A DNA stretch of 64,000 bases from Synechococcus sp. (GTDB lineage: Bacteria > Cyanobacteriota > Cyanobacteriia > PCC-6307 > Cyanobiaceae). Within the stretch, counting starts at the first letter, position 1. Each line of letters begins with the position of its first letter. This document shows positions 32,134 to 40,725 of this stretch, piece after piece. Location: positions 608,001-672,000 of the forward strand of contig JBJBEO010000001.1 of NCBI GenBank assembly GCA_047284725.1, given 5' to 3'. The notes beneath the pieces are model-generated. The model did not search any database and was not told where the DNA came from. It worked only from the letters and a program-made list of their open reading frames with translations. The position numbers were made by a program, and so were the translations under genes.

Positions 32134-33839
32134 TGACTTATGATTCGTCCAAACCCTGTCCAAACGGATGTACCAATGGCGACGAAATCTTTGACACCTG
32201 CACTATAATCTTCTCCATTATTATCCGAGGCGTCATTGGGTGCGTTGGTGGGTACAACCAATTGAGCTTGGTTGGAGTTGGAGCCGTCCCACACTTCTGC
32301 CCAAACAACACCGCGTACATCTCCACCTCCACAATCACCATAGGGTGGTATCCCATTTGGATTATAAGATGGATCAAGATAATTATCTACAGTAACTGTA
32401 CTGTCTTCATAGTTACAGTCGTTTTCGTCAACTGATGATCCTGCTCCACCATTAATACCTACTTTTCCACAAGGGAAATGGACAAACACATTAGCAGCCT
32501 TCGCTTCAACACTTCCACCGTTTTTACCACCCTTTCCTTTTACTGCACTGACGCCTGAAAAATAAGCCTCTTGCTGAAACTCCTCGTCAATGACTCTTGC
32601 GGCTTGGCACTCTGCCACTGACCTTCCGTACAGACCAAGCCTGAAAGGTGTAGGTTCCACTGTGCCTCCAGTAACCACTTGGGAAATGCTTCTCTGTCCC
32701 CCAGCATCAACGTCATTGAGCGTGTAGATTTTAACGGGTCCGTTAGTGGTATCAACTTCAAGCTGCTCAGTATTAGAAAGTAAAATATTGTCAACCAAGC
32801 AATAGGTAAACGGTTGACCATTAGCAAGTGGTAATCCACTTGATGGATCTGTATTATTGCCTTGATCTGTTATGCACATATTACTATTATTAATGTTTCC
32901 ATCGGCAGTTGATGCTGCAGTTCCAGCAATTACCTGATACTTGTTTTGCCCAGGTATTTTACTGATATAATCCTGCAAGTCTTCCGTTGTTCCCTGTGCT
33001 GCAAGCAAATTACTCAGTAATGTGGGTGGAAATGGATAAATATCTGGGCATGGCTCACCGCCGATAAAGACTAAGCCAGAAACTGTGGCATTATTGCCAG
33101 CATCAATCAAGGTCAATGCTTCTTCTTGTGTCCCATTGTCGGGATCTGCATATTCACAATCTGTACAACGAATGTTTCCTGAGATAGCGCCAAAAACATC
33201 GTTATTTCCTAAATTTACATCTTTGGCGCAAATTCCTCCAAACCCACTGCTGGTGCCAGGATCTTCAAAACCAGCTTCGCAATTTTTTGATGCGACGTTA
33301 AATGTTTTCTGTAAAACAACTCTCGACAGTGTTCTACTGCTGTCCTCGCTCAAGACGCTTCCTTCGACGGTTAAAGTGCCCTGCCCCCCATAAAATGGTG
33401 TGCCATCAAAGACATAACTAAGTATCTTGTAAGATCCATTGGGAGAGCTCGAAATGGTCTGCTCTAAATCACTTGCAGGCAAGGGATCTACACCAGTTGA
33501 TGCATCACATTGAAGAACACTCCGAGGATTGCTCCATGTTCCTTTAATATCGCCGTTGGTATCGGTATAAACAATATTTTTGCATTGATCTGATGTATTA
33601 TTGTAGCAATTGATGAGGAGATATTTGTAATCAGAATTCAAAGCTTCTACTGTTCTCGCCATACCTGCTTCAGCATGTTCACGAGCTTGACGCTCTTGCT
33701 GCGAATTAATCGAATTCAATAGACCACGTGAAGTTACAATCGCGACTGTAGTTACACCTAAAAAACCAACTGCCCCGACAACCATGACAATTGGCATGGC
33801 AAGTCCGGACTCGCGGCGAATCGTCTTCATTGAGAGCAT
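32130..33839 (-). CDS. large PilX-like minor pilin / putative tip adhesin
   Basis: RRESG|LAMPIVMVVG (no E+5, PilX-type), QARxxAEAG helix and a long Cys-rich beta-type C-terminal region. Confidence 0.72.
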   Translation of the reverse strand: MLSMKTIRRESGLAMPIVMVVGAVGFLGVTTVAIVTSRGLLNSINSQQERQAREHAEAGMARTVEALNSDYKYLLINCYNNTSDQCKNIVYTDTNGDIKGTWSNPRSVLQCDASTGVDPLPASDLEQTISSSPNGSYKILSYVFDGTPFYGGQGTLTVEGSVLSEDSSRTLSRVVLQKTFNVASKNCEAGFEDPGTSSGFGGICAKDVNLGNNDVFGAISGNIRCTDCEYADPDNGTQEEALTLIDAGNNATVSGLVFIGGEPCPDIYPFPPTLLSNLLAAQGTTEDLQDYISKIPGQNKYQVIAGTAASTADGNINNSNMCITDQGNNTDPSSGLPLANGQPFTYCLVDNILLSNTEQLEVDTTNGPVKIYTLNDVDAGGQRSISQVVTGGTVEPTPFRLGLYGRSVAECQAARVIDEEFQQEAYFSGVSAVKGKGGKNGGSVEAKAANVFVHFPCGKVGINGGAGSSVDENDCNYEDSTVTVDNYLDPSYNPNGIPPYGDCGGGDVRGVVWAEVWDGSNSNQAQLVVPTNAPNDASDNNGEDYSAGVKDFVAIGTSVWTGFGRIISQ

Positions 33840-34363
33840 GGCTCGACCTATATACAACTTACTATAGTCGATTGCAGCGCATAATGCAAATGTCTGGGCC
33901 ATGAATGATTGGACCACGCTTGATGTTTGGAATTGCCACGCTGGCTTGGAGGATTGGATTGGCTCCATTTGTTCCAGATCCTGTACCTTTTAATGGCAAT
34001 CATAGAGTTTGCTTAGAATGCTTTAAATGTAGTTTGCTCTTTGTGAAGAGCGCTAACCTGTCGTACATAACCGTTTTGCTCCCCAAGCTTGTTCCTGAAT
34101 GCCTCTATTTGCTGTTGTTTTTTCTTCAAGAGAAGGAAAATGCGTGTTCTTTATTTTATGAGCGTGCACGCTAACCAAACTAAAGCTGCTTAAACCATGA
34201 GTCGTATCAATGGGTGATTGATGCTTTATGCGATTTAGGGGGCGGGGCCAACACAGTGGTTTTTTATGATATTGATTGTCTTGCTTAGGGATTTTTATTG
34301 ATTTCCTGGTTTGCTGTGTAGGCTCCTCATTTATTCAGCATTACAGAATTGCCCTGAAATGTT

Positions 34364-35926
34364 TTGCTTCTGCTTGGTTCAGAGAGGAAACTTGTCTATA
34401 GTGACTTTAGCGTGATTATCCTCGTGCTTAAACTACTTCAAGTTTTTAGGCGGAGCAGCAAAATAGATCCCCTGCCTATTACATTTGGGTGTGTATGGAT
34501 TTTAACTTGCTTTGGATTTTTTTTAACAGCCTTTGTTCCTCCAGATAATTTTAAGCATGATTATCAGTGGATTGTTGTTGGAATCGGATATTTAATTGCT
34601 GCGATCTCTTTTTTGCGTTCTCGCCAGCATCTTTCTAAATTGCGAGTTTTTTTAGCCTCGGTGAAATGGTTCTGGGCGGTTTGGTTGTTCACCACTCTGT
34701 GGCTTCTCTTGATGCTTTTCGTGCATGGAGATCGAGTTGGAAATCTCATGGGTGTGAATTCAGGTTTCCTTGGTTTGTGTGTTTTGCCTATCGCAGCTTA
34801 TTTGGGCCACGACCTTTCCTTGAGCCGAGAACCCTTGTTGAGAAAGCGGCTCAGCTGGGTTTTGCTAATGAGCTTATTGCCATTGTTGCTGTTCGAGAAT
34901 ATTTATCTTGCAATGCATCGTTTTGCCGCAATTCCGGAGAGTCTTTCCTACCACACCACAGAGCATCTTGTTTGTTGTCCCTATGTTTACTGGAGTTTTT
35001 TGCCCCGAATGTTCGTAAACGTACGCGAAGGAAATATTTTGTCTTTGATGGGTATTTGTGTTGTTTACTTCTTTTTGGCGCAATGGTCGCCCGAAGAGAA
35101 AATGCCTAAAACAAGGAGCCTAGAAAGCGTCCCTTCATCCTTGGTCTGGTGCCTTAAAGCATTGCTATTTTTATGCTTTTTAAATGCCTTTTTGACGCAA
35201 GGTCGAGCGATCCTTTTGGCGCTCACAATCCCAATGCTGATCCTATATTTTGCCTCTTTTTTGAGTACTTGGATTGTTAGTCATCGCTATATTCGACATA
35301 TCGCTCGCATGTTTTTTGCTACTGGCGTTGCCTCATATGTTGTATCAAGTGGGTTGAATGTTCTTGCTCCAAGAGCCAACCGTCTTCTCACTAGCTCGCT
35401 GAATGACATGAACACACTCAATGATGGTTTCTCTGCTGGTAGAGCATTGATTTGGAAGGAGTGGTTGGAGCAAGGATTTTTTTCATCACCATGGCTTGGG
35501 AGTGGATTTAATTTCCGGCCATTTCATGACGGTATTCATTATGCTTTAAGCAGTGCGCATAATATTATTGTTACGGTTTTGGCCGATGGAGGCTTGGCAG
35601 GGGTCTTGGTTTGCATTTTATGGTTTTGTGTTGTTTGGAAGAATTGGACGGCTGATCGATTGTCCGCCTTGATGATTGGATGTTTTATAACGTCTTTTGT
35701 TTTTTTCTCATTTGCGTCGAGCGTCTTTGTCAGGCCTATTGGTTGTATTTTCCTCCCACTGCTGGTTTTTCTGCTCTTTGCTTTCAAGGGTTTTTCCTTG
35801 CAATCGCTTGATGGCATTGTGTTGCCTGAAGTGCATGCTATGCCTTTGGGAATGAGGATTTGGTCGTTAGGTTTAGGAGCATCTCTTTTTGTTTTTGGTG
35901 CTTCTTTTTTTCTTGCTCAGATCTAA
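34364..35926 (+). CDS. Wzy_C-domain O-antigen ligase / O-oligosaccharyltransferase-like membrane protein
   Basis: Many TM segments; TQGRA, GRALIW, PWLGSG and AHNIIVTVLADGGLAG (Wzy_C pattern); start uncertain. Confidence 0.75.
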   Translation: MLLLGSERKLVYSDFSVIILVLKLLQVFRRSSKIDPLPITFGCVWILTCFGFFLTAFVPPDNFKHDYQWIVVGIGYLIAAISFLRSRQHLSKLRVFLASVKWFWAVWLFTTLWLLLMLFVHGDRVGNLMGVNSGFLGLCVLPIAAYLGHDLSLSREPLLRKRLSWVLLMSLLPLLLFENIYLAMHRFAAIPESLSYHTTEHLVCCPYVYWSFLPRMFVNVREGNILSLMGICVVYFFLAQWSPEEKMPKTRSLESVPSSLVWCLKALLFLCFLNAFLTQGRAILLALTIPMLILYFASFLSTWIVSHRYIRHIARMFFATGVASYVVSSGLNVLAPRANRLLTSSLNDMNTLNDGFSAGRALIWKEWLEQGFFSSPWLGSGFNFRPFHDGIHYALSSAHNIIVTVLADGGLAGVLVCILWFCVVWKNWTADRLSALMIGCFITSFVFFSFASSVFVRPIGCIFLPLLVFLLFAFKGFSLQSLDGIVLPEVHAMPLGMRIWSLGLGASLFVFGASFFLAQI

Positions 35927-36403
35927 AATAGCTAATTTTGCTTTAATGATTATGATCGCTGTTCTGGTCAATTGTGCTCCACTTTAATTGGCCGAGGCCA
36001 TGTTTTCTGCTTTTGAATTTGATCGGTGCATGATGGCTCAAGGTTCTGAGGTTGTTTGGGGATTGTTATTTTCGGCTTCACGATTGGTGAAATGATGTTC
36101 AGTGATTTTGCTTCGCTTAGAAGCTAGATTGCCCGTTTTTTGTATTGCTGGTTAGTAGTTGGTTGTTGTTAGTCGGAATGACTCGTTGGCTTGACCGGTG
36201 TTTTGTGATTAGCACCACTCCTGGAATTCAAAATTTTATTTGTTTTGCGGGAGCGTTTGAAGTGTTTGTGAGGGCTCGTGAATATTGGGCTTGTGTGGGT
36301 GTTTTGTAAATAGTCTGTTGGCCTTTCTTGGAGTGGATACTTGATGAGTCTGGTTTTGTGTGTAGATGAATTTTTTAGCGATGCTGATTGGTTTTCTGGA
36401 TAA

Positions 36404-36434
36404 TAAAAACCCCTTGCTCCGCGAGCAAGGGGTT
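36404..36434 (-). terminator. rho-independent terminator of pilA
   Basis: Perfect 12-bp stem AACCCCTTGCTC / GAGCAAGGGGTT followed by TTTATTA on the minus strand. Confidence 0.85.
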
Positions 36435-36501
36435 CTGGGGATTTTAGTTCAGTATTGTTTCTGAGCTGTATTGGGATTTTAGTTGTTGATTGAGGTGTGT
36501 T

Positions 36502-37113
36502 TTACGAGATGGTTGCGCAGTCGATATCCGCATCAATGGTTGGCCAGGATGATCCCCCCGCTTCGGTAAATACACCATCATCAGTATAATCATTAATGTA
36601 TGTATCTACAGTGGCGCCTGCGGCAGTATCGACTAAGCCACTCGAGACATCTGTTTTGCCTGAGATCAAATTGACGCAACTAAAAGCTGCTTTGTCGACG
36701 ATGGATGCATCGCCACCATCAGCAACGGGAACCGAGACAGCCACGCACAGGACGGATTCATCACCAGCTACAGCATCTGTCGTTCTTGTAGATAACGTTC
36801 CTGTCTTGTCACATTTGTAATTGAACTTCCCCCCAACTTCACTCGCGGCTAGGGCTACCGATTCGCCAATTTTTCCTTGCTCTTGCCACTCAGCATGAGA
36901 TTGTTTGATGATTGCTGACATTTTGGACTTGGCTTCTGTCGCCTTTGCTTTCTCGGTCTGGCTGAGGAAGTTGGGCAAGGCAATTGCAGACAAAATGCCC
37001 ACAATCACGATCACGATCATCAGCTCCACCAGCGTGAAGCCTTTTGCGAGCGCGTTGCGGCCTGTTTTGCGATTGAGGAGCGCCAGTTGAAGGCGCGAGT
37101 TCAGAGAAGTCAT
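36502..37113 (-). CDS. pilA: type IV major pilin
   Basis: MTSLNSRLQLALLNRK...KG|FTLVELMIVIVIVGILSAIALPNFL (cyanobacterial PilA leader and alpha1), four Cys and its own strong terminator. Confidence 0.88.
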   Translation of the reverse strand: MTSLNSRLQLALLNRKTGRNALAKGFTLVELMIVIVIVGILSAIALPNFLSQTEKAKATEAKSKMSAIIKQSHAEWQEQGKIGESVALAASEVGGKFNYKCDKTGTLSTRTTDAVAGDESVLCVAVSVPVADGGDASIVDKAAFSCVNLISGKTDVSSGLVDTAAGATVDTYINDYTDDGVFTEAGGSSWPTIDADIDCATIS

Positions 37114-37187
37114 GTCTGAAAGATGGAGAAGCACCCTCGGTGCGTACCTTTTCATTGTTCAGCCACACGGGAATCCATGGGTGGAAA

Positions 37188-37220
37188 TTTCCCTAAAGTT
37201 TCTCTAAGAACCCTCTTAGG
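37188..37220 (-). promoter_or_regulatory. putative OmpR-type binding box (3 direct repeats, 11-bp period) between pilA and the sensor kinase
   Basis: Minus strand CTAAG-agggtt-CTTAG-agaaac-TTTAG-ggaaa. Confidence 0.5.
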
Positions 37221-37239
37221 TCTGCACTAGGCCAGTCAG

Positions 37240-38517
37240 ATGCGTGTGCTCCCCTCGCTGAGGCTCTGGTTGCTCTCCACCGGCACGCTCTCTGTGATTG
37301 CAGGCTATGCCCTGTTGCTAGGGGTGCATTCCCTGCTGGCGCGGCAGCAACGTTTGCAGACCCATCAACAGCTGGTGATGGTTGTTGCGGAGCAGCGGTC
37401 ATTGTTCGAGCTGAATGCGGAAGCGCGGGCTCCATTCGGGGTTGAAGTGGCGATGTTGCCCAACGGGAAAGCGCAAGCCCCCAGGCTGGAGCACGCCGCC
37501 AATGGCGATACCTGGCTGAGCAGTGCCACACCTTTGATGGCAGAGAGTGGATCGATGCCGTTGCTGTTGGTGCGTCAGAACGTGACGGCATCGTTGGCCT
37601 ATGAGCAAAGGCTTCAGTTGCTTCTGATTGCCGCAGCCGGGGTGTCAACTCTGCTCACGGCCGCCTTGCTTCGGCTGGTGCTCTGGCGCGGCCTGATGCG
37701 ACCGCTGCATGATCTCAGTGAACAGCTTGATGGCCTCAGTGTTGATGCCCTTGGGCAGCAGTTGATTCGGTTGGACGATCAACCCCAGGAATTGCAATCG
37801 ATTGCCTCGGCCTTCAATGGCGTCCAGCAACGACTCTCGGGAGCCTGGCAGCGGGAACGCCGCTTTGTGGATGGGGTTGCCCATGAATTGAAAACGCCGA
37901 TCACCTTGATCTCAGGTCGCTCCCAGCGCTTGCTCAAGGAGCCCCTCACCGCTGATCAGAGCCATGTGCTGGGACGGATCGCTGCAGAGGCCTCCCGGAT
38001 GGCGACCCTGATTTCAGCCCTGCTTGAACTGGCCCGCAATGATGCAGGGCGCCTGACCCTTGATCTGCAGCCGTGGGATCCGGAGCAGTTGCTGGTGGAA
38101 GCTTTCGAGCGCTTTGAACCCCTCGCCCCCAGCCGACTACTGCTGGCAGGCTCGACCCCGAACGGTTGCCCGCCGATTCTGGTCGATCGTGAGCGGCTTC
38201 AGCAATGTCTGTTGGCACTGGTGGATAACGCCCTCGCTTACAGCCAGGCTTCGGTGATGCTCAGTGTGAGTTTTGGCCACGACCCCAGCGGAGCCTGGGT
38301 CCGCTTGCATGTGCTTGATCGCGGTCCAGGCATTCCTCTGCAGGAAAGGGAACGGGTGTTGGAGCGATTTGTGCGCGGCACCAGTTCCATGGGCACCCGC
38401 GGCAGTGGTATCGGTCTTGCGGTGGTTCAGGACCTCTCGATTGCCATGGGTGCTGCGCTGGTGATTGAAGACCGTGACGGCGGAGGTGCTGATCTGCAGC
38501 TGCGTTTCAAGGCTTGA
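37240..38517 (+). CDS. sensor histidine kinase (2 TM, HAMP, HisKA, HATPase)
   Basis: VAHELKTPIT H-box, LVDNALAY N-box, DRGPGI and GSGIGL. Confidence 0.9.
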   Translation: MRVLPSLRLWLLSTGTLSVIAGYALLLGVHSLLARQQRLQTHQQLVMVVAEQRSLFELNAEARAPFGVEVAMLPNGKAQAPRLEHAANGDTWLSSATPLMAESGSMPLLLVRQNVTASLAYEQRLQLLLIAAAGVSTLLTAALLRLVLWRGLMRPLHDLSEQLDGLSVDALGQQLIRLDDQPQELQSIASAFNGVQQRLSGAWQRERRFVDGVAHELKTPITLISGRSQRLLKEPLTADQSHVLGRIAAEASRMATLISALLELARNDAGRLTLDLQPWDPEQLLVEAFERFEPLAPSRLLLAGSTPNGCPPILVDRERLQQCLLALVDNALAYSQASVMLSVSFGHDPSGAWVRLHVLDRGPGIPLQERERVLERFVRGTSSMGTRGSGIGLAVVQDLSIAMGAALVIEDRDGGGADLQLRFKA

Positions 38518-39226
38518 GTTCGCCCACCCGTGCCATGTATCCCACCCCTCGGCTGGTGTGCAGGAGCCTGGCCAGGCCGCTTGCTTCGATCTTGCGGCGC
38601 AGGTAACCCATGTACACATCCAGGGTATTGGGATCGCCCACAAAGGGTTTCCCCCACACTGCTTCGAGGATGGTCTGCCGTGTCATCACCGTGTTGGCGT
38701 GTTGCACCAGATACACCAGCAGGTCAAATTCCCGCTGTGACAGCTCGATGGCGCGCCCCCCGCGTTGCACGTCCCGGCGGATCAGATCGATCTGCAGGTC
38801 GCCGAGGTTCAGAATCTGGGCTTCGCTGCTGGTTACCTCGTAGTGACGCCGGCGCAGTTGTGCCCTGACTCGGGCGTGCAGTTCATCCAGCTCGAACGGT
38901 TTGGTGATGTAGTCGTCGGCACCGGCATCCAATGCCATCACCCGTTCCTCCAGGGCGTCGTGGGCGGTGATCATCAGCACCGGTGTGGTGTCGCCGCTGC
39001 TGCGCAGACGCCGGCAGATCTCCACCCCATCGAAATCCGGGAGCCCCCAGTCCAGGAGCACCAGCGCAAATTGCCGACTGCGCAGCAAGACCAGCGCTTC
39101 CTGGCCGCTGTTCACGCCCGTGCAGCAGTGGCCGGAGACTTCCAGTTCGTCCATCAGGAACTGCAGCAGATCAGGATCGTCGTCCACCAGCAGCAGTGGC
39201 GTTGTTGCCTCCTCCAAACCAATCAT
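38507..39226 (-). CDS. OmpR-family response regulator
   Basis: LLVDDD, LLDWGLP (phospho-Asp), GADDYITKPF, LSQREFDLL and LHTSRGVGY. Confidence 0.93.
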   Translation of the reverse strand: MIGLEEATTPLLLVDDDPDLLQFLMDELEVSGHCCTGVNSGQEALVLLRSRQFALVLLDWGLPDFDGVEICRRLRSSGDTTPVLMITAHDALEERVMALDAGADDYITKPFELDELHARVRAQLRRRHYEVTSSEAQILNLGDLQIDLIRRDVQRGGRAIELSQREFDLLVYLVQHANTVMTRQTILEAVWGKPFVGDPNTLDVYMGYLRRKIEASGLARLLHTSRGVGYMARVGELKP

Positions 39227-39287
39227 CCCTCTCCAGGCAGCGTATGCATGGCAGGAGGGGAATGCTCTGACCAGTTGCACGGATGCG

Positions 39288-39815
39288 ATGCATCGATGGA
39301 TCACGGCCAGGGGGACAGCCAGTCGCCAGTCGGCGGAGACTGGGTTTGTGTTGCCCCTGGCGATCACCACCTCTGTGGTGCTCTTGCTCGGCAGCGCGTC
39401 ATTGCACACGCTGGCTCTGCATAGCCGTTGGCGAGAGCGGCAGCAATGGCAGTCCATCACGCAACGCGACCAGTTGCGTTCGGCGGCGATGATGTATCTG
39501 GATCAGGCCTCAGAGCCCGGACAACGCTGCGTGCTTGCCTGGCCTTCCAGCCACTGGTCTGGATTGGCTGTGCAGTGCCCAGACGCTGATGTAGACAGTC
39601 TGCGCCAAGGCCAACTTGATGGGGAGTCCTGGCAGTTGCTCCAGTGGCAGCTCACCCCTCAGGGTGCAACCCTGACGCTGGCGTTGGACAGCAACGGCTC
39701 GGCTGCAGAAGTGCGCTTGCACCGCCATGGCGAGGGATTTCGCTTGGCGGACGGCTTGGTTTCGATGCCTTCCCACGTTGCTGCTGAAGGCACCTCTGTG
39801 CTGGAGATACCATGA
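39288..39815 (+). CDS. small PilX-like minor pilin
   Basis: ETG|FVLPLAITTSVVLLLG and DQLRSAA; first gene of four overlapping genes. Confidence 0.65.
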   Translation: MHRWITARGTASRQSAETGFVLPLAITTSVVLLLGSASLHTLALHSRWRERQQWQSITQRDQLRSAAMMYLDQASEPGQRCVLAWPSSHWSGLAVQCPDADVDSLRQGQLDGESWQLLQWQLTPQGATLTLALDSNGSAAEVRLHRHGEGFRLADGLVSMPSHVAAEGTSVLEIP

Positions 39816-40213
39816 CGCTCACTGAACTCCTGGTGGCCGGGATTATCGCCGGCTCCAGTTGCTGTGCCTCGCTGCAGGTGTTCAGCCAGGCGGCGGCGGC
39901 CAGCCATGTCGCCCGCACACGCCTGGAAGCAGGCGAGCTTCTGGAGCTGCACTGGCTCTCGAGCCGCCGTTGGTTGATGGCAGCCAATGTCGGTTGCCCC
40001 GACGACCCCATGGCCATTGAGCATGAGCTCATGGCTGATGTGCCGTTGGATGACTCCCTGCAGCGCAGCCTCACAGACGACGATGCCTCCTGGGGGCTGT
40101 GGCTGGTGCTGGTTCACCCCGCCACCGGCCTCCAGCGTCGCCAGTTGTTCACCGCCGCCGGCAGTGGGTGGTGCAACGACACTGCCGCCGCCACTTCGGA
40201 GGCAGAGGCATGA
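39812..40213 (+). CDS. small PilV-like minor pilin (no leader)
   Basis: Starts MTLTELLVAGII (E+5); ATGA overlaps on both sides. Confidence 0.6.
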   Translation: MTLTELLVAGIIAGSSCCASLQVFSQAAAASHVARTRLEAGELLELHWLSSRRWLMAANVGCPDDPMAIEHELMADVPLDDSLQRSLTDDDASWGLWLVLVHPATGLQRRQLFTAAGSGWCNDTAAATSEAEA

Positions 40214-40725
40214 GCCGTTGGAATGAACCGCGGGGGTTCTCCTTGCTGGAGCTGCTGGTGGCGGGCGCGGTACTCACCCTGCTCAGCGGTGTGACCTTGG
40301 TGCATGCCGGCCGTGATCGCTCCCGTCAGCAGTTGCATCAGGCAGCCCAGCGGCTTCAGGTGGCGATCGATCGCGGCCGTCTGGTGGCGCAGCGGCAGCA
40401 TCGGGCCTGCGTCATTGCGTTGACGGAACTTAAACCATCTGCTGAAAGCGCTTCCTTGCCTCTCTGTGCCGGAGTCCGGCCTCTGTTAATGCCACAGCAG
40501 CATGAGGACCCGGGGGTGCGTTGGCATGCCAACCTGCCGCCCCAGCTGCGGTTCAGCAGAAATGGCCTGTTACTCGATGGCGGGCTTGTGGTGTTCAGCC
40601 ATCAGGCTTCAACCCTGCGCCCCTGTGTGGTGATCAGCCTCCCCCTGGGGGTGACGCGCCAGGGCGTGTATGGCACTGATCCGTTGCAGGAGCTCAACAG
40701 CAGTCGTTGCCGGCCGTCGTCATGA
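40210..40725 (+). CDS. FimT/GspH-like minor pilin
   Basis: PRG|FSLLELLVAG, RFSRNG and CVVISLPLG. Confidence 0.72.
   Translation: MSRWNEPRGFSLLELLVAGAVLTLLSGVTLVHAGRDRSRQQLHQAAQRLQVAIDRGRLVAQRQHRACVIALTELKPSAESASLPLCAGVRPLLMPQQHEDPGVRWHANLPPQLRFSRNGLLLDGGLVVFSHQASTLRPCVVISLPLGVTRQGVYGTDPLQELNSSRCRPSS

Noticed and set aside
34517..34524. T8 run (and T7 runs) in the Wzy_C gene as phase-variation tracts
   Set aside because: The frame is intact, and such runs are expected in an AT-rich, Phe-rich membrane protein gene.
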